Notes under the pieces: generated by a model
Database searches by the model: none
Told to the model about the DNA's origin: nothing
What the model saw: the letters and a program-made list of their open reading frames with translations, nothing else
Source of the DNA: Thalia democratica
Taxonomy: Eukaryota
Direction: 5' to 3'
NCBI GenBank assembly: GCA_965202585.1
Contig: OZ241827.1
Location: 77,934,001 to 77,998,000 of the forward strand
DNA length: 64,000 bases
Translations under genes and position numbers: made by a program
In this document: one piece after another, positions 1 to 15,000 of the stretch
Layout of the letters: the number at the start of each line of letters is the position of its first letter
Numbering within the stretch: position 1 is the first letter of the stretch

Positions 1-3000
1 AGTTGAAGATAAAAATGATAATCAACCACGATTTGATTTTCCGATAATTCGTATGAACTTAATGGAAAACGTCCCAATAAACAGTTTAGTGACAAAATTA
101 TCAGCAAATGATGCAGATAGTCAAGCTTCGAACAGAAATTTCGTTTACAAATTAGTTGGTGCTGCAGACAGAAATAGTTTGGATAAATTTACTGTCACAT
201 CAAACGGTTTGTTTTATTTTGTTGCTCATATATTTCTACTCAGCAGTAGTTTTATTTGAATATCTTAAACAGGTCACGTAAGAACATTAAGTAAATTGAA
301 TCGGGAATGTCAAACTAAACATCATTTAATTGTTCAAGTCTCTGATCAAGGATCACCTGATCCATTTAAGGTTAAATATATTTAACTAATATTCCATTAT
401 CTTTAATTATTTCTAATATTAAATAAAAATTTATTAGAAGTTCTAGATTGCAGACTTTATTTTTTTGTACATTTATATAGTATAAAACCATGTTTATTTA
501 AGTAAATAATTAAAACAATTTTTTTACAGAACAACTGTTACGTCATAATTACTTTGAATGACGTGAACGAACATACCCCTGCTTTTACCAGTCAAAATTA
601 CCGAGCCCAGTTTTTAATCGATGGTGAAAACCCTAGTTTGCCTGAAACCCAACAGGTGTATTGCATGATTGAAGGTAGCAAGTTAGGCGAAATTATTTTA
701 CTTGTAGACGCAGTAGATGACAATATCGGTCGAAATGGTAAAATCACTTATTCTATTGTTAAAGGTAAGTACTTATTACAGTAATTGTAAATATATATTT
801 TTTAGAACTTTTTTTTTTATTATTAAAACAATTTTAAATCAATAGTTTGCTAACAAAATAAAAACTCTTAAAGTAAAATCACATTTTAAAATATCATATT
901 TACTAAACATTAATTAAAAATTTTTTAGTTATAACAGTTAAAACTTTAATGTTTCATAATTAAAATAATACTAGATAAACTTAATTGTATATTTTTGTTT
1001 AAAGAATGTTCTTAAAGTTTTACTAATAAACATTATCATGAGCATTTTTTCAAAGTTTTTGGTTTTGAATAACAAAAGGCAATAGCACTTTTATAATTTT
1101 GTTTTCATAGCAAATATTTCGAATAATTCGATAAAAATAGTTTTATAACAAGCCAAACCAAACAGAATAATAAAATTATTTTGACTTTAATACCCTTTGT
1201 TTAAAGACCTCACCTCTATAATATTCTAATATTCAAAAAATAATGTTGGTCTTTTTAGTAAATGAAATCTTTAGTCGCTCCGCTGTATACAATGAGAAAA
1301 ATCAATCTTTTCTTTACGAACTTGCGCTATGAAGTTTATTTTCTTGTATTTTCGATTTTAAATAAAATTTTTTGCTCACTTCCAAAACACTTTCAATTTA
1401 TCCTAGACCGTATTTATTTTTATAAAATCTTTTTTTTTTCTAATGTACTAAATAATTTATAAAATTTATAAATGTAAACAATTAGTGAAGTATTTTTTTT
1501 CAAATTTAAAAAGTATTTGATACTAAAAATCTTGACAAAAAAGTTCGGAACTAAACAAATTGGTTTCCCTAGTAGCATTATGTAAAAAAAAAGAATAAGT
1601 GACAATTTTTTTGGTTCTAAGTTCTTTGAGGTAAAACTACTAATTTAAAAACTGACAATGAGTTAGAAACGCGTCAGGTTTTAGTATAACTGACAATTAG
1701 ATGTCACACATGACTTTGCCACTTTGTAATTACTTTATACTAACAAAAATTTTCAAAAGTTACATTAAAATTGAACATTTTAGCAATGCAAAATCATTTT
1801 TAGTTTCAGTTTGTTTGTTAGCTTTAGTTTTATGAAAAATTATGAAATGTTATGAAATTAGTTTTAAAATTAGGTTGACCTCAGTAAAGTTATACATTAT
1901 ATCAAATAGTTTCTTGAATTTTTAAATGTTTTGCAAAAGTTTAACCTAGATAAAGTACAAGATATCCGTACTTATTATAAAATAATGGTTTTTAGTCCTA
2001 AAACATCTGCAATAAAATAATTATCTTACTAGAAACATTTATGATTTGCATCAAAACAATAACAGATGTTTACAAAACTTTTAAAATCTACCTGACACTG
2101 ATCTTTTTAAACATTGAAAGTTCTGACACATAATTCAATAATCCAATTGATACCAGTCTGCATCAAGTAACTTATACCGGTTTCAAAATAATTAGTAATG
2201 CTAATTGTTTTTAATATTTAATTACCCGTCAGATTAATCACCAATTCGTTTACTCTGGTTTGTTAGAGATCAAAGAACATAAATAAAATTTCGTGAGTGT
2301 CATTTAGAAAATTGAATTAGTTATTAAATTTAGTTTATTGGAATTCATTATTAATGTTTATTTTAGACAGAGACATGCTATTGAAAATTGTTGCTAACTA
2401 ATCAGTTTGAGATTTTTAAGTTAATACTTTCATTGTATAGTAGATTTAGGTAGCTTTGAATGTATTCAACAATTTAAAGCAAATTTACAGAAATTAGTTT
2501 ATGTTACTATCAAAAACACTATTCGAATAACAATATTTAAGGTTTTAGCATTTTAATGAAACAGTTTATTAACGATTTGTGCAAATTTTCCTAGTAGACT
2601 TTAGCACAAAGTTCTGTAGAGCTTTCAAGTCCCATTATGACGTACGACTGTTGAAATTTGCTGAAAACAAACAAAAGCACAAACTTTATGTCTGGTTCAA
2701 ATTTTTATCATCAATCAAATATTCTGTACTTAGGCGCTTTGAAACATTTAAGAACCTAATATTTAACTATTGATGAATTTTTTTGAAAACCAAAGATTTT
2801 CAAGAAAATAGTTCTTAATAATCAGTTACTTATAAATTAGTACTGGTTTGTATCAACTTAAATTATTATTAATATTTTTATTCACGACATTGATGTATTA
2901 AATAAAAATTTTATTTTTTAGTTTTTTGTTTAAGATGTTTGGACGTATATGCATTTATTGTACAACACTTAAAATTATAAACATAACCTTTATTATTTTA

Positions 3001-6000
3001 GGCAACAACGCTGGAGTATGGAGAATTGACGAAACCACCGGTGGTTTGAGCGCTGTCAAGTGGCCAACAATTCAAAATGAAAACAGCGACATTGTGCGGA
3101 CAGAAATTTTAACTGTAGAAGCTCGAGATGGCGGACAAAATTCTCGCGCTTCAAGAATGAACGTTTCAATTGAAATAAGAAACTTTAGAGACAATTCTCC
3201 TCAATTTAATAATGACGTCATTCATGTTAGCATCGCTGAAAACACAACTGTGGGAAGGTAAGATATTAACATAAACACTATTTAGTTATTAACAGCAAAT
3301 TAATAATTGTCAGTTTTAATTTCAGCTTGGTTGCAAAGGTAACAGCATCCGGTCCAGCCGGTATATTTTATGACGTCACAACAGGTTATTCTGATCACTT
3401 CCGGTTGGATTGGTTCACGGGCAGGGTGACTCTTTTGTTGCCGCTCGACTACGAAACTCGTCGCGATTACGTCTTGTGCGTCGAAGCGAGGGGCGGTGAC
3501 GTAATGGTGACATCATCAATGCAATTAAAAATTCATGTCACTGATGTTAATGATAACAGGTTAAAACTCTAACAATATAAATAACTTGAAATTTTAACAG
3601 CAATTGTTTTACAAACAAAAGTTTTGTTGTAGTAGTATAAAAAGCAAAAATACATATTTCAGGCCTATTCTTGATCAGACAAGATATTCATCCAAGATTT
3701 ACGCGAATTCATCTGATCAAAGTGTAACATCGCAATTATTTGACGAACAAGGTAACGTCTTAAAAGTGGAAGCGCATGATATAGATACTGGATTAGGGGG
3801 ATCGCTTCTCATCTGAATATCAGGATTTCATTGATGACAGATTTTTAGTGGACGAAAGAAGCGGTGCTATTCTGAAACTTAATGGAAACCTTCTCTTTGA
3901 CCATTCATACAATAACATCTATCAATTCATGGTAAATTTAGTATTTTTAGTGTATACGTTAAGAAAAATAGTTAAGTTAAAGAGTTACTTTGATCAGTTA
4001 TAGTTTCTTTTTTAATTAAACATTTTTATTAAGGTTCAAGTGACAGACAGAGGAAGTCCTCCTCTTGTAGCAACTGAAAGAGCTTACGTCACTGTACAAT
4101 CAATTTCTCATTATTCTTTAAAATTTGCTAAAAATCGCTATACGGTAGAAGTACAGCCACCTTTGTACCTGGATTTTTGATTCCAGTAAATTTAGAAGTT
4201 GTTGAAAACGGCTTCAATTCAAAATCAAAGTTAGAATACTCAATAGAGCCGGAAAACCCATATTTTGAAATAAACAGACACAATGGCGAAATTAAAACAG
4301 TTTTAAATCTAATTCCACATCAAAAGAAACAACACTAAATGTAAAAGTATCAACCAAAGAAACTAGTTCTTATACTACTGTCAAAATAGTTCTTCTTGAA
4401 CCTTATAGTGGTGATCTAAAATTAAAAGAGATATATGTTGAAGAAAATTTAAAAAAAGTATGTCAATATAGTTTCATAACACATTTATTTTTGATTTATT
4501 TGATTATTTATTTTATTATGAAAACTTTACTATTTTTCAACATTTAATAAGGATTTAAAATTTTCAGGGAAAAGCATTGTAAGCATTGTATACATTCACA
4601 ACACAGTAGATGTTGACTGTGTTTACACTTTATTGAATCCAAATCCACATTTCAACGTTGTTGGATCTGCTATTCTTACCACCAATGTAACACTAAATAG
4701 AGAAACAAGTTCTTATCATAGAGTACGTTACAAATGAATTAAAAAACTAATGTCAACATAATTAACATAAATCAAATAAATTTAGATTTATCACTATACT
4801 TTAGTTTTATTTAAGTTGTTGTATATTTAAACTGTTAACAAATAAATCTAAACTTTCAGCTGTTAGTTGAAACAAATTATCCAGCTTCAAGTCAAAGTAG
4901 TCGAACTGAAATAAAGATAAATGTCGTAGATGTGAATGATAATGCACCTGAAATTTTACAACAACCGATTAACATATTTATACCTAGAAATGGTAAAATT
5001 GGAACAGCTGTCAAACAGCTTAATATTCATTTAGGTGATAGAATGTATTTCAAATCAAATTTAATTTTTGATTAAAGGCTAAATATTTATTTTACTACAA
5101 TTGTTTATAGAATACTTAACAAACATATCTCCAGATCAAGGCAATTGACAGAGATTTTGGTCCAAACTCCCAAATAAAATTCAGTTTGAACGGTCCCGGT
5201 ACTAAATACCTGAGAATAAATCCTAAAAGCGGATTGGTCACCACCAGAACTTACAAGTCATGTGAAGTCAGAACGACTACTGACGTCACGATAATCGCGG
5301 AAGATCAAGGTAAACCCCAATTGCGAAAAGAAGTGAAAGCGACTTTGCACTTCACAAACGGAAACCCGCTTTCAAAAGGGGTTAAATCCCCTGTTTTTGT
5401 AAAAGCGCGGGAAAATTTACGCATAGGAAGTTTATTGACTGATGAAATTGGATCGCCGTTTACAGATTCTGTTGAGAAAGCAAATTTTGAAATTGTTGAT
5501 GGAGATCCTGAAAGTAAATTCCAAATTGATTTTAAAACTGGTAAGTTATTACCTCAAATTAATTTTGAATAAAATAAAATTTCTTTAAAAAAATGAAATG
5601 AACAAGCAATTGTTATTAAACTAATTGTTATTTAAAGTAAACTATAAAAGTATTATAAAAAAATAGTAGTTTTCTTAAGTATAAAACACTTGTTAGGAAC
5701 TTTATATACTCGAAAAAGTTTGGATAGAGAAAAACAAGATACTTACCAGTTACAAGTGAGAATATTAGAACAAAACAGAAACTCTATCGCTTCAGTAACT
5801 GTTTTTGTTAATATTCGAGACAAAAACGATAATCCACCTATTTTTCAAAATAGCTTTTATTCAGTAAAAATTAAAGAAAACTTGCCATCTAAATCGTTTG
5901 TTACCAGAGTAAGTTGATGTTAACTAGATATTTTTTCATTAAAAATAAAGTTGTTTTAAGTTTTAATTTATTTATGTTATAATAGTTTTTATTTACAGTA

Positions 6001-9000
6001 TAATCTAAGCTATACTCAACAAATTTTTCTTAAAAGATTGATTGTGAATGTGATCATGAATTTTTTACAATTTATTTTATCCTTTAATTTTGCTGTAACT
6101 CAACCTTAAGCTTTACAAATGACATTTTTTTGCCTAAAGTTTGAAGCTTAAGTTTCAAAAGTGCGCATGAAATATGCGATTTAAAAATAATAGTTTTATA
6201 TTTATTTAGGTACAAGCTACTGATGCAGACATAGAAAGCAACGCAATGATCAAATATACAATTCTATCCGGACACGAAAGTTTTGAAGTTGATGAAAATA
6301 GCGGAGTCATATCAACATCTGGTAATATTGACAGAGAAGAAGTTTCTCAGTTTATATTTACAGTAAGAGCAAGTGATTGTGGAAACCCGTCAATGTTTTC
6401 AGATGCTGAAGTTGTTGTTTTTGTTGATGATGTTAATGATAATCCTCCATTTTTCTCTAATGTAAGTGTTTTTGTTAAAGTAAACATATCAGTGGAACCT
6501 TAAAGCTTATATTTTTGTATAAAGTAACTAAAACTCACGATTTTTTTTCAATGGTTTATGTTTAAGTTTTTATTATTATTATTTTTACTAGAAAGTAATG
6601 TCTTAAGAAGAACTTAACCTTTAGTAAAATGTTATTAATGCAGAAAAATGAAGTGTTATCTGTAAGCACTCTAATTGAGCCTGGATCAAAAATAGGTCAA
6701 GTAAGAGCTTACGATTTAGATGTTACTGATCAAAATAGTTTGAAATACTTCATTGAAACTGATGGTCCAATAAATATAGATAAGGAGTCAGGTTTGCTAA
6801 TTTTATAAAATATTATTTTATGAGTGTTCATTAAAAAACAATAAAGTTGAAAAAAATTAGTATGCAAAGCTTATAAGTTATATAAAATACTCATATTTAA
6901 AATTGATTTATAAAATTTAATTTCTACAACGTTCCTACTTACAGGTGAAGTATTTTTAAATGATCTAACTGAACCATATGAAAAACGTAACAATATTTAT
7001 GCAATAACAATTGTTTCTGATGGAGTATATTCCACATCTACTAATCTTCAAATTAAATTTGTTACTAAATCTACACGAGTATTAGAGTTTCATGATTGCT
7101 CAATAAACAAGCCTAAAGTTTTCCGTATAAAAGAAGATGTTCCAATAAACACTTTTGTCGGAAAAGTAAGTATACGCTAGTTTTAAGATACTTGGTTTAG
7201 TATTCCTATATTTTAACTAATATTTTTCAGCTAAATTTATCATCTGATTCTGTTAATCCAGTAATATTCACCACTGAAACGACAACTTCTGATTTTTCTC
7301 GATTTAGGGTAATTCCCTCAACTGGAGAGTTGTTCACTCAAGATTCCATCAGAAGAGAGTTTCTTACATCTACAAATGACATCATAAGATTTGCTGTTAC
7401 AGCTCAGTCGAGCTCAGGTTTAATAATTGTTTAAAACTATTTAAATGTATATAAAAAATTATGCTAAATTTTGGTTTTACCTTATAGTTTTAAACAACAT
7501 ACCTGATTATCCTAGGTTAATTTCTTACTTAAACGTCTAATTGGTTTATATATGATACTAATTTGACATAGACTTATTCAAAGATAACAACAAATTACGC
7601 TATTAATTTAAAAAAAAATGTTTTGAACTATTTTGATATATTGTTAATTTGATATATTCTCCTAGTTTATATAACTTGTTTACATATGTTATAGAAATTA
7701 AGATAACAAAACAATTATTTTATATGTTACAACTTATTGAAAAGTTATTCGTTTACAGATATAGCAAGGTGTGAGACTGTTATTGTTATTCAAGACGTCA
7801 ACAATAATAAACCTGAATTTGATAGAAAAAATTATCAGGGAATTGTCGTAATTAATCAAACGATTGCCGGTGAACATTTACTGAAAGTTTGTATTTTGGT
7901 TGTTAATTTTGCAATTTATTATAATAATAAGAAGAATTTATACTTATTTAAAACTAAAAAAACTAATTATGCAATAATTTAAAAGATAAAAGCAACTGAT
8001 AATGACATTGGAGTGAATGGAAAAGTATCTTACAACTGGTACGATAAAAATAACAATGCTTTTCAATATTTTGATACTATTACTGATAGTGGAATAATCT
8101 ATTTAAAAAAGCCACTTACGGAAAAAGGTAGGAACTTTAAATTGATTTTTTTTAATTCAAGTTTTTATTATAAATATGATTGAATAGTTATTTAGCTTAT
8201 AATAGTGGAAATGAAATGATATGTGCATATTTCAGTTTATTTTATTTGTTTTTCGTAATATAAAGTCAAATATTTGTTGAATGTCTCAGTCGTGAAACGA
8301 ACGGAAGTTTTAAATTGAAGCAGACATTAATAAAAAAATAAATTTAACTCCTGTAACAATAACTTTATTGTCTGAAATAATTTTACACTTACTACTCATA
8401 ACAGCACAGTTGCAAACAATTGATTAATTTGTTGCAGATGAAGAAAGTTTTAGTTTTTTTATTCAAGCAATAGACGGAGGTGGGAAATATTCTCTTGTTG
8501 GAGTGAATATTAATGTTATTTCAACAACAATTCATTTACCAGTTTTTGAAAAAAGCATAATAAACGTTGTTGTACCTGAAGATATAGCTATACGATATAA
8601 AGTAAGTTTCCCATTTTTTTACAAATTGTCTTAGTATTATTAATCGTTAAATAAACTATGAGTATGCATTGTGACGAAAGAAACTTTCAGAAATAAGTTG
8701 AACAGTAAGTCACAAAATATTATATTTATTTCAAGTGTTATACAAACATTTGACTTATATTTAAAAACATACAATATTAGTTGAAAAAGTAGAGAATAAA
8801 AACTGATTAGATTTAATTTATATATTATTCATTATAGATTGCTCAACCACAAGCTTTAGCAAAAAACCGAGAAATTTACTACAAATTTGCAAATCATCAA
8901 GGTAATTACTTTTATACATATCAATGCTATCATAATAAACCATGATAACTTGGCAATAATTTTTTGTCAAGTACAAAACTGTTAATTAATTTTTGAAGCT

Positions 9001-12000
9001 TTCGTTGAAAACTATTTAAACCAAGTGAAAATCTTTGCTAAACAATAAAGTAATAAAGTTGAAAGGTATTCAATGAGAAAATAATCGTCATAACTAAGTT
9101 ACAAATATGTGATAATAAAACAAACAGATGGTGATGAAACACAAACGAGAAACTTCAAAATAAACAAACTGAATGGAGCAATTACCCTAACACAAGAGTT
9201 AGATTATGAAAATAAAAATTATTTTGAGCTTATTGTTGTTGCATATGTAAGAGAAGAAACTGAACTTATGGCTGAATCTAAAGTAAGAAAAACTTTCTTG
9301 AAGTTTTAAAAAACTGTTTGATTTGAAGTAAACAATTCAATTTCAAAGAAATTATACTGTTAGGTTTAATAATATATATTTGTAAACAACACAAAATATA
9401 TTGCTTATTCAGATAACAATTGAAATTGAAGACATAAACGACAATCCACCTCAGTTTGATAGTCTTTCATATAAAACTTTTGTTGTTGAAAATAAATTGC
9501 CATATGAACCGCTTGTACAAGTCAAATGTAGTGATAAAGACTCTACAAAATATTCAACTATCAAGTATAGGTAACGATTTGAACTAAAATACCAAATATT
9601 TATACTGTCTTTTTTTAAAACTAAAAGAAACTAGATATTACATATAAATTAGATTTTATTTAATTGCTTTTTGTTAGCAGTAAAGTGTAAAAATACTGAA
9701 GTTAACTCAAATGAATTTAATTAAATTTTCGTAAATAAGTTTACTTTAGTTGATAGTACTGCTTAATTAAAATATTATAAAACAACACTTAGTTTTGTAA
9801 ACTGAATTATTTTTTTTCAGGTTCAATGAAAGTCATCCATCTTTTAATATCAACCCAGTGTCTGGGATGGTTTCCCTGAAAAAATCTCTGGACAGAGAAA
9901 ACTACATTGAAACAAAAGGAACAATTAGTCTCAAAGTGTCTTGCACAGACGGAAAATATGTTGATAGTTCAAATATAATTGTCACAATTAAAGATGTTAA
10001 TGACAGAAAAGCTGTGTTTAAAAGCGACTCAAACCAGTTTAATATTTCTGAAGGGTAAGTGTTGTATAAAAACTATAGAAGTTTAAATATTTATGTGGTC
10101 AAACAAAATTATTTTTTTTGTTTCTTTCAGGGCTAAAGCAGGATACAAAACAGCATCAGTAATGTCAGCGGTAGATCAAGATTCTTCAACAAATGCTTCA
10201 CTTGTAACAACAAGTATTATTAAAGGAGATCCTCTTCATTATTTCGATGTGTTTTTTCAATCGAAACACTCTTTAGAAGCTTCAGGAATGTACTTAAACA
10301 TTGGATTTGAAGTAAGGATTTGCATATGTTTAAACTTAAATGCTTTGTATTACAAAGTGTTGTAATAATTCTACTATTCTTAGGTTGCTAATGATATTGA
10401 TTCAAACATTCCTGATGTAAATGAAGTTACTGTCTCAGTTTTTGACGGAATTCATCACTCTTATGCACAAGCTACTATAAACATTGTAAACCGAAAGTAC
10501 AAACTACCAATTGGAAAACCGCTTTGCAAAAAGGTTGACTTCTTTTATTCCACTTTAGTTACTACGTTTTATACTTAAAATAGCTTTACAAATTAAAAAA
10601 ATACATTATTACAAGATATAACAACTATATGCTACGGTCGTTAAATACATTTTATTTTTTTACAGCTATTTTACAACGTATCTGTCAATGAAAACAATAA
10701 AGTAAACTCACAAATAGCTACAATCGACATTGCAGACAAATATAGTAAAGCTATTTACACTTTGATTGGAGAATTTAAAAATAGATTTTCATTCGACGAA
10801 AGTACTGGTTAGTAAAACTTTAAAAGTAAACCAACAGTTCTATAACTATTATACTATCTAAATATACTTTTTTAGGAATAATTTATGCGACTGAAAGTTT
10901 AGACAGAGAAGAAAGAGATAGCTACCACTTAAACCTTCAAGTTAAGTACTCGAACGATTTAAAGTGCCTGATACAGGTAAAAAAAATTAAAACAACTAGA
11001 TTAATTAATCATTCAAAAAAAAAAAACGAATTATGTCTTACTCAAACTTATTTTCTAGATCTTTATAAAAGTGTTAGATGTGAATGACAACTGGCCAACA
11101 TTTACAAAAAGTCAATTGAGGGTTCGTGTAAAAGAAGATTCGGTTGTGGGAAGCGTTGTTTGTCAATTTGCTGCATTTGATGCTGACATTGGTTTGTTTT
11201 TTGTTATCAGTTACAACTACCTGAATGAAAAAATAAACTTAGTTTATAACAAAATAAAAAACATTTTTTTAAGATTATTTTTTGTTTCCAAACAATAAAT
11301 AAGCTTTAAAAAAAAACACACATAGTATTTTAATTTAACTCCTTTAACTAACATTTAAGGTGAAAACTCTCAACTGAAATATGCTATACAACGTCACAGT
11401 TTAGATTCAGTTCCTTTTGAAATTGATGAAAAACATGGTTATTTGATATTACAAAGACCCGTTGATCGTGAAATTAGAGACAAATACCTTTTCAACATTA
11501 CTGTTAGTCAAATTTTTTCTTAAACTTAATAAAACTTTAGTTACAATTTTAATAAAGTTTCTTAAGCAGTTAAAGTTACAATAGGTGAAGTTTTATTTTG
11601 TCGACTAAGCTGAAGAAAATTGGCAAACATGCTTTCATATACAAACATAGAAACATATTGTTAACTCTATACACGAGATACAACTATAGTTTTACAATAA
11701 TTTTTTTTAAAGGTAAAAGACCAAGGGATTCCAGTTAAGTCAACATCAGTTCAAGTTAATTTAAGAGTAACAGACGTGAATGACAATGCTCCTGTATTCA
11801 ATCAAACAAATGTTAGTTTTCAGTATCTAAAATGTTTTATGAATAAAAATCCGTTGACCGTTACTTATTTACTATAAAATTTACTTTACAAAGAGTGGTG
11901 TGCTCTACTCTAACAAAATAAAAAAATTAATAAAGAAACCTTTTAATTGTATAATTAATATTAATCGACTCTTTTTTTTCAGTACAAAGCTGAGGTTAAG

Positions 12001-15000
12001 GAAAGTGCCAAAATTAGCCATCTAGTGGCAAAAGTTGAAGCATTCAGTTTAGACGATGGAGTAAATGCGGATTTGCAATACCTCATTGTTGGAGGAAATG
12101 AGCTTAACAAGTTTCAAATCGACAGTAGATCAGGTATAAGAGAATGACTTTAAAAAATGACTACTTAAATCATTTATGTAGTGACAACATTCAAATACAA
12201 CTTTCATTCAAATACAGGAGAAGTTGTTCTTCTTGATGAAGTGGATTATGAGGTGAACAAATATTTTGTGTTGACAGTCCGGGCGCAGGATCTTACAGAT
12301 GACCCACTTATGAGCGACACTTCTCTCAACATACGTGTCATTGACGTCAATGACAACAAACCTACTTTTAACAACATCAATTTTCCTGTGAGTATAAACT
12401 GTTTGAATAAAAAGGTTTAAATTAAAAGCTAATGTTTTTTGTCTTTAAAATTAAAGATATTCGAAAGTCGACCATTATTTATTATTTTGTTAAAAAGTTC
12501 AAATCTGGTCATAGTTCGTGCTAAAATCGTAATTTAGATTCAGTTTTCAAACAAGTTGTTAATTTCAGATATTTGTCAACGAAGATGTCATTGATGACGT
12601 CATAGCAACAATAACCGCTTTTGACAAGGACCAAGGCGCAGGGGGCGAGGTCAAGTACTCGTTGCTAAGCAACGAAGCGGACCAGCTGCCGTTCCAATTG
12701 GATGAGGACAGCGGTCGGCTGTCAGTGGTCGAACCGGGTCTCGACTTTGAAGCCCGCCGTTCGTACGCCTTTGAAGTAGTTGCCAGGGACAACGGAACTC
12801 CTTCCCTAGCAACGAGCGTCGACGTCGCTGTCAAAGTGAGAGACGTCAACGACTGTCGACCGCGGGTGGCGCTCAAGAGTTTGCATGACAACGTTGCGTT
12901 GCGTTGTCAAAGTGACGTCACGACAAAGTGCACTGCGAGCGTGTCGGAAGCAGAATGGAGAAACGTTTTTTCGGAGGAGGGCATAGTAACGGTAGGGGCG
13001 ACGGATGATGACGTTGCCAAGGGAAACGCGGCCCCTTTTAAATTTAATCTCGACTCACAACTTGCAGGTTAAATAACTTGTTTGTTGTGTGTATACATTT
13101 ATTTAGCTCAAACTTATTTATATAAGCATTTCAAAAAGCCCATTTCAACTTGTTAGTTAATGTACGGTATCTCTTTTTATACATGAAACATAATTAAAAA
13201 AATTTTTTATGAAGAAAAAATTAAATTAAACTTAACCATATTCTTTTAACAGGTGAATTTGTTTTTAATGACAAAAATGTGCTGATATCAAACAACCCGT
13301 ACGAAATAGAAGACATTTCATCAGATAAAGCGGCTAAAACGTTCCATTTCACCATAACTGCTACTGACAGTGGAAATCTCGAATCTTTGCCTCTTTATTT
13401 AGAAGTTGCCATTTTGAAAGAAAGCAAGTATCCACCGGTTTTGATCTCTCAAAAGATTCAAATTATGACTACTGAAGGTTTGTTCAAATATAAACTAATT
13501 TCGAATATAATAAAAGGATTTTATTATAACAACCAACTTGTATACACGAAAAGATATATTAATAATTACCCAAACTTAGCTACCTTTTATACAACGGTCT
13601 TTATTTTACTGAATTGAATATTAATTATTCGTCTTAAAATAGTTTTTATTTTTACTGTTCTGTTTCAGATTACTTCAAAGGAGGAGTGATATCTTCAAAG
13701 CTGTACGCCACCGACAAGGACCCCCACGACTTGCAGCGGCTCACCTTCAAGATCGACTCGCTCGCCGACTTCGAGTCGTTCACGGTGAACCCCCTCACCG
13801 GCAAGCTGTCGGCGACCAATGGCGTGCGAGGTCGCCACAACGTCACGGTTGGCGTCAGCGACGGCAGCAGGTACTCGACGGGCCGGGTCGCCATCGAAGT
13901 GGTGAAAATTTCAAAAGAGTCGATTCAGAGTTCGGTCCAGGTCACTTTCGAGGGGATTTCCCCAGAAGCGTACCTTTCGACGGTTCACGGAAAATTTTTA
14001 GCGGCCCTCGGTGACATTCTTCCAAGGGGTTCGAACCCCGGTGAAAATGTGGAAATTTTGTCCTTGAAATGCTTGAATGATTTCAATGCGCAGCTGGTGT
14101 TCAGCGTGAGGTCGCCGAAGCGTGACGGCCAGTACCTAAAAGTCGGCCGCCAGCTGAAGGACTCGCTGCCGCTGCTCACCGAGAAGGCGGGGGTGAGGGT
14201 TACGGACGTCAGGGGGGAGGATTGCGACCTCGAGTGCGCCCACGAGTGCCGGTACGACGTAGTTGTGACGTCATCAGGGGAAAGTCCCGTCACCACGAAA
14301 AAGTGGAGCTTGCTGACCCCTCATTGGTTCGAACGCGAGGAGAAGTGCGTGTGCAGGAAAGGTCACGCGGGTGTGAATTGCGCTTCCGTTTGCGCTGGAG
14401 TAACGGACGTGTGCGAGGAAGTTGGCGGAAAGTGCGAGCTGGACGCGAACGAGGTGCGAGGCTACCGGTGCGCGCAGAATAACCGGAGGAACAGCGCGGT
14501 TTCTTTCGGGGGAAATTCCCTGATCGAGTACAAGCTGAACAACCCTGAAGTGTTCAGTTTGTCGCTGAGGTTCAGAACCCGGCAGCGCGACGCAAAACTG
14601 CTGGAGGCCGCGGAAGAGTCGGGAGGCAGCTTGGCGCGCGTCAGCGTCGACGAAGGGAAACTGAAGCTGGAGTTCGCGTGCGGGTTGGACGGCGGAAACA
14701 TGCAAACCATGGAAATGAGCGAGTCGGAAATGAGCGACGGAAACTGGCATGACGTCACAATCGAACCCATTTCCGACAAAGATTGCGCTTATAGGTATGA
14801 AGTTTTTATTTTAGTTACTATTCAAATTTATTTGCAAAATTTTTGTTGTAAGTTCGTAAAAAACTTATGCTTGTTACTAGTAAGATATACTAAGTGATAG
14901 TTTTCTGGCTTAGAGTTTTATTTTAGCTGCTTAGTCTTATTATAACAAATTTTATTAATGCTAAAACATAACTACAAAAGATTGCGCTTAGATGTATTTA

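Noticed and set aside
1262-2773. Intronic 60-70 aa ORFs rich in F/K/I/N (also 16453, 19136, 19272, 21998, 34411, 35629, 39115, 40909, 55612, 59456)
   Set aside because: Typical chance ORFs of AT-rich introns with non-ATG starts and no splice or motif support.
12565-14779. Several antisense and alternate-frame ORFs of 74-158 aa over the GC-rich exons (also 45542-47749, 20176-20403, 56635-56862)
   Set aside because: Shadows of GC-rich sense exons, which are depleted in stop codons; no domain motifs.
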